Source: Octopus sinensis
Taxonomy: Eukaryota
Direction of reading: 5' to 3'
Length of the DNA: 64,000 nucleotides
Assembly: GCF_006345805.1 (NCBI RefSeq)
Contig: NC_042999.1
Location: forward strand, 159,402,001-159,466,000
Positions 1 to 12,734 of the stretch are shown here, piece after piece; within the stretch, counting starts at the first letter, position 1; every line of letters begins with the position of its first letter. The notes under the pieces were generated by a model that saw only the letters and a program-made list of their open reading frames with translations, was not told the origin of the DNA and did no database searches. The position numbers were made by a program, and so were the translations under genes.

Positions 1-503
1 AGAAAAGTGTTAGCAAATTTTAAGTCCAACTTCTGGTGATGATTACTTATACAAGATGATTATTTACAGGATGTCAAAGATGGTCCATGTTTAGTAAGAA
101 TGTCAGCATCGTTTAGTTACAAAATGATGACTAAGATAACGAAAACATTTTAAGATTAAGTACTATAAAACATCTAGAATTTTCCTAGTAACCGGAAATT
201 TCCCTTAGATAATTATATTTGAAGGCATCTGCACGTAATTTATTCCGAAAACATTTCGTTAACCCTAGTTCAACTCTGTTCAAGACGATCTATGAGCAAA
301 ATAATTCCATTCGTGACATCCCGTCTTTTTTCTAATACGAGACACTCTAAAAGATATCTAATGTATACCTCTCTTATAAATAGCAGAGTGTAATTTGGGA
401 GATTCGGTTACTATTTCTAGCATGTCAAGCAACGACCCAGAAGCTAATATTGAACCGTTTTACTGTAAATTTGTATTCATTTCATCATTTTATTGTAATT
501 ACT

Positions 504-818
504 GGATCTTTTCGGTTTGAACCGCAGTTTTTTAAAATAATTTCTAGGTAACTAAAAATGTTCGTATACTGGTAGAATGTGTTTATAAAACATCTTTTTC
601 TCTTGGCTTTACTGAGAAAGTTCTATAGTTTGTAAGATATTTGTTGATTTGTTTCTTCAATTTCTGCAATTTCAACCAATCAATGACGTCTATTGAGGTA
701 AATAACATTCTGTGCCGTATGAATATGTCCCTCGTTTAAGAAACAGATTGGGTTTATTTACATTTGTGAAGAAAAAGATACCCTTCCCCCCACCTCTGAC
801 CCTAAAACAGATTGAAAT
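504..818. mobile_element. Truncated copy of GGATCTTTTCGG-TIR MITE family
   Basis: Left TIR GGATCTTTTCGGTTTGAAcCGCAGTTTTT plus internal sequence nearly identical to 1292-1704; right TIR absent. Confidence 0.75.
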
Positions 819-1291
819 GCAAACAAAGTAATTTAAGTAAAGGTTGCAATAATTATAGAACAAACAAATAGGAAGTTTAAATCGTGAGCACGTATTCAAG
901 AAAATGCACGTGTACACCACCTACTCTCCCTCACCCTCTCACTCTTTCTATCTCTGATAATATATGTGCTTGAATGAATGGAGAAATTCTGGCAAATATA
1001 AGGACTGAAATAAGAAAATAATAACAAGTACTTTTTATTAGTACATCTTTTAGAGGTTGTACAATGAATACCAGTGAAATTCATTTTTAGGTCATGTTAA
1101 TTAAGAAGAATTGTCAAGCTTTCAAGAGGATTCCAATTTTGAAAAGAAAACAACGTGTTATACAATTCCAATTGTGTTTTCGTTTATATTTAACCGAACT
1201 GAGAGTTCGGTTTTCATTAAACATTCTGCCATTACTAAGCTGAATGTGTTTTCTCAAATAAGACTCTGCTGCTGTTTACATTTAAAATATT

Positions 1292-1704
1292 GGATCTTTT
1301 CGGTTTGAACGGCAGTTTTTAACATAATTTCTAGGTAACTAAAAGATTTTTAACTTCGTATACTGGTAGAATGTGTTTATAAAACATCTTTTTCTCTTGG
1401 CTTTATTGAGAAAATTCTATAGTTTGTAAGATATTTGTTGTTGTTTTTTTTCTTCAATTTCTGCAACTTCAACCAACCAATGACGTCCATTGAGGTAAAT
1501 AACATTCTGTGCCGTATGAATATGTCCCTCGTTTAAGATCAGATTGGGTTTATTTACATTTGTGAAGAAAAAAAGATACCCTTTCCTCCACCCCTGACCC
1601 TAAAACAGATTGAAATGCAATAGATCGATACTAGGGTCATAATTATGGGTGATAATTTCATATGACACCGCTAGAAAAAACTGCCGTTCAAACCGAAAAG
1701 ATCC
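1292..1704. mobile_element. Non-autonomous DNA transposon (MITE), ~413 bp
   Basis: ~28-bp TIRs GGATCTTTTCGGTTTGAACGGCAGTTTTT...AAAAACTGCCGTTCAAACCGAAAAGATCC, flanked by AAATATT direct repeat; homologous copies at 504 and 26489. Confidence 0.85.
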
Positions 1705-2023
1705 AAATATTTCCATCAAAACTTACAGCTTTGTTCTCTGATTTCTTGTTTAAGGTTTTACTGTACCACTTAGCTTATTTCGTTGTAAAATGTTGTCTGT
1801 AATAATTATTCAATATCTGTTTTCGCTTAGAAAATACAATAGTAGTATTAAATAGGATTTCCCTGTTAACTTAGTTGCGTGTTTACTTCGTTCTTTTTAT
1901 ATATTTTATTTTATTTTTTACTTTTATTATTCAAGCCTTTGAATAAATATTAAATTCATAAGCACGCCAAAAAAAAAATTTCTGAAAAGTCCTTTGTGAG
2001 AGTGATGTTGGCCGTCTAGTTCC

Positions 2024-2443
2024 AATTTCTTTATTGCCCACAAGGGGCTAAACACAGACAGGACAAACAAGGAGACACAAAGGGATTAAATCGATTACAT
2101 CGACCCCCAGTGCGTAACTGGTACTTAATTTATCGACCTCAAAAGGATGAAAGGCAAAGTCGACCTCGGCGGAATTTGAACTCAGAACGTAGCAGCAGAC
2201 GAAATAATTATTTCTTTACTACCTACAAGGGGCTAAACACAGAGTGGACAAACAAGGACAGACAAACGGATTAAGTCGATTATATCGACCCCAGTGCGTA
2301 ACTGGTACTTAATTTATCGACCCCGAAAGGATGAAAGGCAAAGTCGACCTCGGCGGAATTTGAACTGAGAACGTAACGGCAGACGAAATGCTGCTACGCG
2401 TTTCGCCCAACGTGCTGACGTTACCGCCAGCTCGCTGCCCTAA
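2024..2443 (-). mobile_element. Nin-domain-type tRNA-derived SINE, dimeric (full unit plus 5'-truncated second unit)
   Basis: Two tandem units with GCCTTTCATCCTTTCGGGGTCGATAAATTAAGTACC (Nin/Deu-like core) and B-box-like GAGTTCAAATTCC; one TSD GGCC(G/T)TCTAGTTCC at 2010-2023 and 2444-2457 encloses both. Confidence 0.75.
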
Positions 2444-2939
2444 GGCCTTCTAGTTCCCTACTTACTCGCCACCAGGTACATACATAGTCGTTTTACTTTT
2501 TTACCTTCCTCCTTGTTTCAGTTCTTGTTCTGTAGCTGGATCTCCGCCTTCAACGGTGTAATCGATTTCATCAACGCCAGTGTTTACCTTTAAGTGAGGT
2601 ACTTATTGTATTGGCTTTCTTTTTAAATCGATTTTACTATGTTACTGGGACGCAAACAAATCAATCTTGGTTGTCAAAATGTACGATACAAATAAAACAC
2701 ACAAAACAAAGACTCATACACACATATGCATACACATACATACATAGATACATGCATACGCACACACACACAAACACACACACAAACACACAGATATATA
2801 TGTATTCGTTGCCAAAATCATTCGCAATACATTAGTCGGCTTGGGGCTATAGTAAAAGGAAAGTTCCTCAATGTGCCGTACAGCGAGACCGGATTTTAAA
2901 CCACGTGGTTGCTGCGCGAACTTTGTAACCGCACAGCCA

Positions 2940-3002
2940 CGCGTAGTAGTAGTAGTAGAGGTGGTGGTGGTGGTTGGTGGTGGTGGTGGTGGTGGTGGTG
3001 GT

Positions 3003-3033
<31 letters not shown>

Positions 3034-3234
3034 GCGGCGGTGGTGGTGGTGGTGGTGGTGGTGGTGGCGGTTGTGGTGGTGGGGTGGTGGTGGTGGTGGC
3101 AGTGGTGGTGGTGGTGGTGGTGGTGGTGGTGGTGAGGTGGTGGTGACGGTGGGGGTGGTGGTGACGGTGGCGGTGGCGGTGGTAGTGGCGGCGGCGGCGG
3201 CGGCGGCGGCGACGGTGGTGGTGTAGGGTGTTGC

Positions 3235-3265
<31 letters not shown>

Positions 3266-3285
3266 GGTGGTTGCTTGCTTGTTGA
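2940..3285 (+). repeat. Compound (GGT)n/(GGC)n/(TTG)n trinucleotide tract
   Basis: Direct reading; gives rise to spurious poly-Pro/poly-Gly/poly-Trp ORFs. Confidence 0.95.
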
Positions 3286-3579
3286 TACGCATTATACGAA
3301 ATATCCGATAATTCTAATCAAGAAATTGCTTCAATGATAAAATATGATTAATAATACTATTGACAATTTGCGCTTCGTAAGAAAAATACAATCAGAAGCA
3401 AACACGAAAATGATAAACAAATTGCTACAGATAATCAAGTTGAATATGTTGCAAATATATTTAATCAAAAAGAGGAAAAATTTTTATAAAAGTCTAGACT
3501 TTCGAAAGACAGAATCAATGTCCATAACCCTGGTCTAACCAGCATCAAATACAGCAACGACATTCGTTTTCGAAACGAT

Positions 3580-3639
3580 GATATATATATATATATATAT
3601 ATACATACATATACATATCTATATATATTATATATATAT

Positions 3640-3718
<79 letters not shown>

Positions 3719-3806
3719 CGTATACCTATATATATACATATATATATATATATATAATATATATATATATATTTATACATATATATATACATATATATAT
3801 ACATAT

Positions 3807-3839
<33 letters not shown>

Positions 3840-3845
3840 GTATAA

Positions 3846-3878
<33 letters not shown>

Positions 3879-3881
3879 ATG

Positions 3882-3952
<71 letters not shown>
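3580..3952. repeat. Interrupted (TA)n microsatellite
   Basis: Direct reading. Confidence 0.95.
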
Positions 3953-3957
<5 letters not shown>

Positions 3958-4859
3958 CATGTTGATTGCTTCCATAAATGAGTAAGCAGCCATCTATGGG
4001 GTTTTATGAAACTCATTTACACCAAACTACCAGCGATGTCAAAAGCTCATTATGTTAGGATGTAGAGCAATAAAAATTGCTGAATGGCGACCTATTTTGT
4101 CTTTCTCACCTCCATTATGGTTGCCACTCTATAGAGACAAACTCAAATAAAACGACAGGCATTATATATTTGGTCTGCACTTCAGCTATATTATTACTAT
4201 TTTGGTTTCTGTGTCGAAGCTCTTTTGTCACACCCCCTGTGACCTCTCCAACGACTTTTCATCCCACGTGCCTCTACTTGTTGTGCTTATTCAAGTTTGT
4301 CTTTCTCTGGCATGTTTCTTTATCTGCGCAAAATATAGCCACCCCCAAGTAAAGCAAAATAAGACTTGAAAGGAGAAAGAAATTGAGCGCATTGGCTGTC
4401 ACACTATGCCACGTAAAATTAGTCATTGCATTTCAGAATGTTGACTTTAACCCTCAAGATACCGCGTGTCAAGTGCTGTATGCCTATGAATCGCACCCAG
4501 CCGTTTGGTGCACTACTTGTGTGTTATAGGCTTCTGACATGATCAATGGGCTTCTAGCATGATAGTTAATTGCTGCAGTCATAAGACTATACAATACTAG
4601 CCCCAGCATAACAGTCAACGGCTAGCCAATGCGGCAATGAACGAATGGATTCTTCTCTCCCACTTGTGATTTTGTAGGGCATGCTGGCAGTTTTCCTGCT
4701 ACTGCCGGCTACAATTTTACACATTGTCGCTGCTGTTGTTATCGGTGTTGTTGTTACAGTTGCTATAGATATTCTTATTGTTGTTGTTGCTGCTGCTGCT
4801 TCTGAATCGGTTACCATTTTTGCTGCTCCTGGGATGCTGTGAAGTGATGGATTTTGACT

Positions 4860-5524
4860 ATAAAGGATAGATTACACTCCAAAACCACCACCTACATACC
4901 CTTCTTGCCCGTCAGCCGGCAATGACGAAAGCATTACAAACGCTTTGGCAATGTTGTTGAGACGTAAAAAGCGTTTTTATATCACAAAATTTTGCGCGAG
5001 TGGAACAAAATTGCCTTGTGGTCAACCAGTCCATTGCAGACCTGCTTGGCTTTACAGTAAGATAAACTATATAATGAACAACTAATGCGCTCTATAAATG
5101 AAAGCAAGAAATAAACTTCGGTAATGAACAGCAAACAACAGCAATAACATAGATTATGTAGAGAGAGCACATATTTATATATATATTCTTTTATTCTTTT
5201 ACTTGTTTCAGTCACTTAACTCCGGCCATGCTGCTGAAACACCTCCTTAAAGGGTTTTAGTTGAAGAAATTGACTCCATAGTTTAAATAAGTCATTTTCC
5301 CTACTAAACAAAGCCTATTCCATGCAGCAGTTTCCCTCTTTTCCTTAACGCAATCGTATTGTGAAATCCGTGTTCACTATTTGTGCATATGCTTCAAGGA
5401 ATGTATGTGCAGCATTTTCAATAAGGCCAATACGACGTTTTACAGCGCCTGCCATAAAGATCATTTTGACATGGCATAAATGTGCCTTCGATAAACACCG
5501 TTAAGAGGAAAAGATTCAATAATA
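4860..5524 (-). pseudogene. Possible decayed Cys-rich/EGF-repeat (MEGF-like) exon remnants
   Basis: Acceptor tttcag|TA at 5524 opens LLNLFLLTVFIEG-TFMPCQNDLYGRRCKTSYWPY*KCCTYIP*SIC; a second segment reads CKAKQVCNG..G*PQGNF..QEGYVG across frameshifts. Motif resemblance only. Confidence 0.3.
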
Positions 5525-5801
5525 CTGAAAATACATTGAGGTTAGTGGTTTCAAGTATTTCGAAATGTGAAAGCTCCACTTTTGTTCCTAATTTTAACAA
5601 TCGACCGATTTTGCGTACAAACGTAACTGACATTAATTATATTTTCATTAAACCTTGTGCAAAGGATGATTGTCTAGCAAGTGTTGCACTAAAATATAAG
5701 AAGCTTGAGATTATACAGGATGACATCTTAATACAGATCTCGAGCTATACTTCTAAGGATAAATCTTTTAAGGCAGTCTAACCGGATAACAGTTTATAAT
5801 C

Positions 5802-6240
5802 TGACGTACATTTGCCATTTAAATATGGCTAACCCCTAAGGGTGGATGCTACTGTAGTTTGTAGCCCCAGAAGGACACCTCCTCCAGCTGGCTATAGACA
5901 CACTTTCTGTGCCCTATCAGTATTTGCAAAGGGAAGCCATCCTTCCCGTCTCCAACTTATGATACACACGGACTCGAGTTTCTGAATATTGACCCATCAT
6001 CGGCGTGTGACAATCATAGTTGTTGATGAAAGGTAGGTTCCCTTCACAAATACATATACTTTTTCCAGTATCGTAAAGACACTGATATCGAAAAAGTGTA
6101 AACAAGCAATAATAAATCTTAGAGCGAGTTGTAAACAGTAGCTGCAACACATCGTGACGTATATTTGCCATTTAAATATGGCTAACCCCTAAGGGTGGAT
6201 GCTACTGTAGTTTGTAGCCCCAGGAGGACACCTCCTCTAG
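5802..6240 (+). repeat. ~353-bp-period direct duplication of a repeat-family segment (AATATGGCTAACC...TACTGTAG), related to 19413-19788 and ~42720
   Basis: ~85 bp near-identical blocks starting at 5802 and 6155; same motif inside the Helitron-like element at ~19480. Confidence 0.6.
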
Positions 6241-6987
6241 TTAGTTCGCTCTAAGATTTCGTATATAATCTATCTCTATTATTTATTATATTTAGTAAAT
6301 AATCTATCTCCATTATTTTCACGCCTGTAAATCCACTGAATCAATAAGCTTCCATGCTATCCTTGAAGTGAGTATTGCATTTTTATTTTTATGTACATAA
6401 ACATAAATGCGTACTTATTTATTTTTCATATGTGTGAGTCTCTGTTTATGAATAAACCTTTTATATCTATATATATATTCTTATTTGTAAAATATCTATA
6501 AGTATATACTTGTGTATTTGTATAGAGCTCGACAGATGTAGGAATATATGTGAATGTATAACTGCATTTCCCCCCTATGTATAGTGGTTTGGATGCATTT
6601 ATGCCAGCTTTTATTTTTGTAGAAAATACATAAATACAGGTACTTGCATACATCTATGTTCAAACTTATTCAATTGTCTGTTTGCGCATTTTTATCTGCG
6701 CGGGGTGCAACTGAAACCATTAATATGCCTCTGTATGCATGTGTGTGTGTGTGCACGCGCAATCTTAAGTATTTTCATTCAATATATTTTCATAAACGTT
6801 GGTATACACATTCATAGTCGTTGGTGCTTTCACAAATTTCTTCCGAAACCTGTTATTTATCAAAGGTACACTATTTACATATCAGCGTGGCAAATTGCCA
6901 AGAAATGCTATATATTGATATTCAAGTTTTAATCATGCCTGTAAATACAACTTAAAATATATATTTGTATATGTATGTATGCGTGTA

Positions 6988-7045
<58 letters not shown>

Positions 7046-7061
7046 TACATACATACATACA

Positions 7062-7093
<32 letters not shown>

Positions 7094-7159
7094 CATCCGC
7101 ATAGAGAGGGGAGAGTGAAAAAGCAAAATAGACAGCTAGTTAAACAACTGCATATTTAT

Positions 7160-7212
7160 AGACAGACAGGCAGACAGACTGACGGAGATAGATGATAGAT
7201 AGATAGATAGAT

Positions 7213-7243
<31 letters not shown>

Positions 7244-7244
7244 G

Positions 7245-7304
<60 letters not shown>
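7160..7304 (+). repeat. (ATAG)n array flanking the 3' end of Tx1 copy 1
   Basis: Direct reading. Confidence 0.95.
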
Positions 7305-9687
7305 TGTTTCTTTATTAGCCCCACACAGGGCTGCACACAGATAGAAAAAATTACAAGGTAGAGCTTTTCTTTTGAAGGTATTAAAAAAAAAAAAAAAAAA
7401 AAGGAGGGGGAGGTTCGATCAAAAGGGATCGTAAAAGGAGAGAAAGAGGACAAAAATAAGGGGGGTTTTAAAAAAAAAAAAAAGGGGGGGGGGGAAAAAA
7501 AAAATGATCAATAGGGATCGTTATCACAGAAATGTCAATATGAAGTGTAAAGGGGAGGACAGGTGAGGTTTACCCGTGGAAAGAAAAGCCTGCGGAAAAG
7601 ACCACGGTAACCTCGGTCAATGAAGTCACATTTTATATTTCTTTTTTTTTTTTTTTTTTGCAAATAAGCAACTCTCTGTTTTCGATTTCTGGGTTCATAG
7701 GACTATGCTCAAGGTGGCTTCGTCATTCATACGTGCCATTCTTGCTACATTCACCCATCTTTTTTTAAAACATTCGCTAGACAAAACTTGCCTCTCTACT
7801 CTCACTTTCCTTTTCAAGTGGTACTTGAAGAAGTTGATGAGAGATTGACCAGAGAGGAAAGTGTTTGTCTCTCCAATCCTTTCAGACGCGTCCACCAGAT
7901 ACATTCTTTCGCCATAGCCACAAGGATGATGAAAATAGCTCTTCCTTCCCGTTTGAAGGAAGGAGGCGTGACAATATTGACGATAGACTCAGCTGATAAA
8001 CCGACTCGTCCCACACGTGACACAGCAGTTGTTCGACATAAGCCCACAGGTCGGAAATTGTTGGACACTGAACGAGTGCGTGCAGAACGGTTTCGTCGCT
8101 CTGACCGCATCTCGGGCAGGTCGGCCCCGTGTTTCTCGAGCCGTGTCTGTAGAGCTTACCGAACGGGTAGCGCTTCTCGGTAGCACTGCCAGGCCAGGGA
8201 TCTCTGGAAGTTGTCCATGGGCCCTGGCCCGAAAGTCGTCCCGAACAGGCGGGTCAGGTACTCCTCGTCGACGTCCAGGTTCGCCCCGAGCTCGTCGTCG
8301 TACCTCCCCTCCACTAAACCCCTATAGAATGCTTTGGTTGTGTTGAAGTCACTTAAGGTCGACCAGGACGGCAGAGTTGCTTGAGAGCAACGCGACACTC
8401 GCGGTGCCATTCGCCCTTCCTCGGCCTCTTTTTGATCCACGACTGCAGTTCGGTCATGGAGACGAGCTGCGGGAAAGCGTGCCTCACAAACGGCGACCAC
8501 ACCTGTTCACCGTCGTCTACATAGAGCCAGAGATGTCGCAGTCTCAGCGCGTGTCTGCGCATCATCAACCACGGCATGCCCAGCCCTCCTTTTAACGGGT
8601 GTGTTGACAGCAAATGGATCGCCTGACCATCGGGACGCATCCTTTCCACAAGAAGCGAAAGAGGATGCGTTGTAGTTTGGTGATGGTAGGGTCGGGACAA
8701 GGTACGACGGTCAGGCGGTAGTAGATGACGACGCGATGTACGTGTTCGCCACCTCCGCTCGACCTTTTAGGGACAGTTTCCTCTCGGCCCATTGCCGGGC
8801 GAGAGTGACCACCCTACTCGTTATCTCGTTCCAGTTCTTCTCCACTTGGAGGTCGGACCAAACCAGACCCCGAGCAACTCAACCGGGCCGTCGTCCAGCG
8901 TCCCACGACGGAGGCGCTGGTGGACGGCATGGCTTGCTTCTCCAGGTGCCTAGTCGCAAGCCCACTGACTTTTCCCGGTTGATTTTCGCTCCTGTCACCG
9001 CTTCGTAGTTTTTCAGTGTCTCGCCGACCAGCTCGATGTGCTCGTGGCTAGACACTATGACGGTGACGTCGTCCGCGTATGCAGACACGCTCGTCCCGCA
9101 TCCCAATTCTCGCGGGATGCCCCTTAGAGTCGCCAGCTTCCGCAGTAGTGGCTCAAGAGTCAATACGTATAGAAGCGCCGAGAGGGGGCATCCCTGACGG
9201 ACCGAACGTGCAATGTCGAAAGGTCTCGATAGATGTCCATTTACGCGAATTACCGAACGGATGCCTCTGTACAAGGCAGCTATCCAGCCGCGGAAGACGG
9301 GACCGAAACCAGCCGCTCTCAGGACTGCCTCCAAGTATCGATGGTCTACCCTATCAAAGGCTTTTGATTGATCCAAGTTGATCAGGGCCCCACCCATGCC
9401 AGGTTCGTTAACTACCCTGTCTATGATGTAGCGCATCAGATGGAGGTTGTCATGGATGGTCCGGCCTGGCACGGCGCATGTTTGCGCCTTGTCGACCAGT
9501 TTCTCGATGACAAGCGCCAACCTCTTGGCTAGCACCTTGGCCAAAATTTTCAAGTCTGCATTAAGCAGAGTGATGGGCCTAAAGTTATCTATTACATTTC
9601 CCTTGTTTAGATCTTTCTTCAGCAGTGTTACGGCTCCTCGGCTCACAAAACCAGGAATGCTCCCGTTTTGCTGCCAGTTGCAGTACA
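7305..9687 (-). mobile_element. Tx1-clade non-LTR retrotransposon, 5'-truncated copy 1
   Basis: Near-identical to the 3' part of 29004-35078; 3' end ...GCTAATAAAGAAAC-AT(ATCT)n; truncated at 9687 within the RT and directly joined to (ATAG)n. Confidence 0.95.
7695..9687 (-). pseudogene. Partial ORF2 (RT and C-terminal Zn motif) of Tx1 copy 1, frameshifted
   Basis: NFRPITLLNADLKIL, LDQSKAFDRV, RQGCPLS, YADD, KGGLGMP motifs; stop at 7695. Confidence 0.92.
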
Positions 9688-10168
<481 letters not shown>

Positions 10169-10221
10169 CAATGGCAAAATAGAGCATCAAATAGATCGAT
10201 TTGCGCCTATCGAGTTCCAAA

Positions 10222-10450
10222 GGAGCGTGACTTAGTGCGTAGGGTACTCGGCTCGTGATCGTATGGTCGTGAGTTCGATTCCCAGTGGTGTGGTGTACCC
10301 TTGAGCAAGATACTTTATATCTCGTTGTTCCAGTCCACTCAGTTGGCAAACAGGAGTTATACCTCTAATTCAAAGGGTGATATCTGTCACGCTGAATCTC
10401 CCAGAGAACTACATAAGGACACGCGTGTCTATAGCTCCACATGCCCGTTA
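10222..10450 (+). mobile_element. Degenerate tRNA-derived SINE with V/CORE-like middle and a body segment shared with SINE family A
   Basis: B box GAGTTCGATTCCC; CCCTTGAGCAAGATACTT..CCAGTCCACTCAG; 3' part TGTCACGCTGAATCTCCCAGAGAACTAC matches the family-A interior. Confidence 0.55.
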
Positions 10451-10464
10451 CTTTCTAAGTATAT

Positions 10465-10479
10465 ATTTATGTATATATA

Positions 10480-10560
<81 letters not shown>

Positions 10561-10605
10561 ATATATATATATGTATATGTATATGTATATGTATGTAGGT
10601 ATGCA
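10465..10605. repeat. (TA)n microsatellite
   Basis: Direct reading. Confidence 0.95.
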
Positions 10606-10832
10606 TAGTTGTATAGGTATATATGTGTGTGCAAATGAGGTGCAAATGGGAGTAGCTGTATCAAACTCCATTCTTCACCAAGTGCCACATATTAGACGAG
10701 GTTCGTCGTAATAACAGTGTAGCATAAAACGGCGGTGCATCAGCATGGCCGCAGCTCTGAACTGAAACTAGAAAAGAAAAAAAAAAATATATATATATAT
10801 ATGCGTGTATGTATGCATATGTATATATGTGT

Positions 10833-10879
<47 letters not shown>

Positions 10880-12215
10880 ACACACATGCATATATGAGTA
10901 CAGGACATCACCAATGGTGAAAATAGCATGAAATACCTAAACAATGAAAAAGATGGAAGACAGGACAAGTAAACACAGGGAAAGGAGCCCTCATCAGTTG
11001 TCGGCTGTCTATCTACTCTTCATTTCGAGCATTCAACGACAATACGAGTATTCAAAGACAGTTGTTCCCATAAATTCTAAAATAAAATTTATGATTTATG
11101 GAGGATCAAAGTTGGGAACAAAAACATCACGGGGGAGAAAGATAGAAAAAATATGTCCGTTCTTTTGAACGTCCATGCAGGAAAAGAAAGATGATCACGT
11201 GAGGACGATGGACGATGGACGATGGTCACGTGAGGACGATGGACGATGGTCACGTGTGAGCAACGAGAGAGAGAGAGAAAGAGCGTGAATAATTAATGGG
11301 CAGAAGATATAGTAACTCAAGCACCGAGGTTTTTATGCATAGACACTTAAAAAATTTATTGAGATTATAAGTATATTAGTAAACGTGTGTGTGAACGTGT
11401 GTGTGAACGTGTGTGTGAACGTGTGTGTGCGTGTGAGAGAGAGAGAGAGCGTGTGTGTGTGTGTGTGTGTGTAATGAGCGGCTTAGTGATCAGGGTATCT
11501 GGGGGGTCGATTATCTTTGAGAGACTTTCGAAATATCACAGCTACAGAGATATGGTGATACAATCATCATTCATTTCTAACCGTTTATGACCACTTTTAA
11601 CAGAATGATTCCTTTAACCTTAGGTTGCCGGTTTTACGGTCTATGACTTTAATGGTAAGCAAAACGTCCTTCTTCAGGTTTGGAAATGTTTTTTTTTTAA
11701 TCCAAATATACAAAGGTCGACCTGCCGGCAAGATATTCATCGGTACTCTGGATCTGATATACAACGTAACTACAAAACTACGTGCCAACACACAGAAACT
11801 TCGGTTGTTGAAGAATCATTTCTTTTATCAAACATCTTGTCAGACACGGCTTAGTGGAACAGCTGCATATCTAGTACTTCCCTTGTGTGGATGAATGTCG
11901 ATAGCAGTGATTATGTTGCCGTTGAAATATGGTAACTTCAAGAAACAGATGTTGAAAGAATTCTTCCATTTCTTGGGTCTGGTGCCCTGGAGAGGTTTAA
12001 TAAAGGATACTGTGCACCCGTTGCATTTGAAAGTGTGCATCAGTATCCCGATCATTTGTACCGTTCCATTGTGCTCAATGCAGATCAGTTAGAGATTTCG
12101 TATGTCCGGAGACGTAGCTTTGATAAGGACAGAATGCTGATTTATAGTTGCCGACGAAATCTCAATAGACGGTTTCCTTGCGTAATTTGTTGTTGATGTC
12201 ACTTCTGTTTGTGGA

Positions 12216-12597
12216 TGGAAGCACTCCGTCGGTTACGACGACGAGGGTTCCGGTTGATCCGATCAACGGAACAGCTTGCTCGTGAAATTAACGTGTAAGT
12301 GGCTGAGCACTCCACAGACACGTGTACCCTTAACGTGGTTCTCGGGGATATTCAGCGTGACACAGAGAGTGACAAGGCCGGCCCTTTGAAATACAGGCAC
12401 AACAGAAACAGGAAGTAAGAGTGAGAGAAAGTTGTGGTGAAAGAGTACAGCAGGGATCACCACCATCCCCTGCCGGAGCCTCGTGGAGCTTTAGGTGTTT
12501 TCGCTCAATAAACACTCACAACGCCCGGTCTGGGAATCGAAACCGCGATCCTATGACCGCGAGTCCGCTGCCCTAACCACTGGGCCATTGCGCCTCC
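12216..12597 (-). mobile_element. tRNA-derived SINE family A (~385 bp; tRNA-Arg-like head)
   Basis: A box TGGCCCAGTGG, B box GGTTTCGATTCCC, tail CGTCGTAACCGACGGAGTGCTTCCA; TSD CACTTCTGTTTGT (12200-12212, 12600-12612). Confidence 0.9.
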
Positions 12598-12734
12598 GCC
12601 ACTTCTGTTTGTAACTTTGTACTGAAAGGAGAGATTTTCTGGATCACCAATCCTTTAAAAGACAACGTTTTAACTGAAGCTTATAATTCCTTAAGTTTTC
12701 AAAGACATAAAAGTAGTTGAATAACTAGATTTTA

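Noticed and set aside
2714-3292. 192-aa poly-T/H/R/P ORF
   Set aside because: Pure trinucleotide-repeat translation with no start context or splice signals.
3545-3993. YI-repeat ORFs (also 10301-10711, 13301-13911, 48284-48584, 54039-54381, 55532-55956)
   Set aside because: (TA)n microsatellite artefacts.
4587-4817. Ala/Thr- or Asn-rich short ORFs
   Set aside because: Derived from degenerate (TTG/GCT)n repeats.
7788-9008. Plus-strand ORFs overlapping the LINE (also 30027-33424, 35960-39986)
   Set aside because: Antisense shadow frames of GC-richer ORF2 and A/C-biased ORF1; no motifs.
11185-11430. Short tandem units (GACGATG; GTGTGTGTGAAC) as a CRISPR-like array
   Set aside because: No unique spacers; ordinary eukaryotic minisatellite slippage.
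12522-12597. tRNA-like heads of SINE copies as tRNA genes
   Set aside because: No acceptor-stem closure; they continue into the SINE body and are flanked by TSDs.
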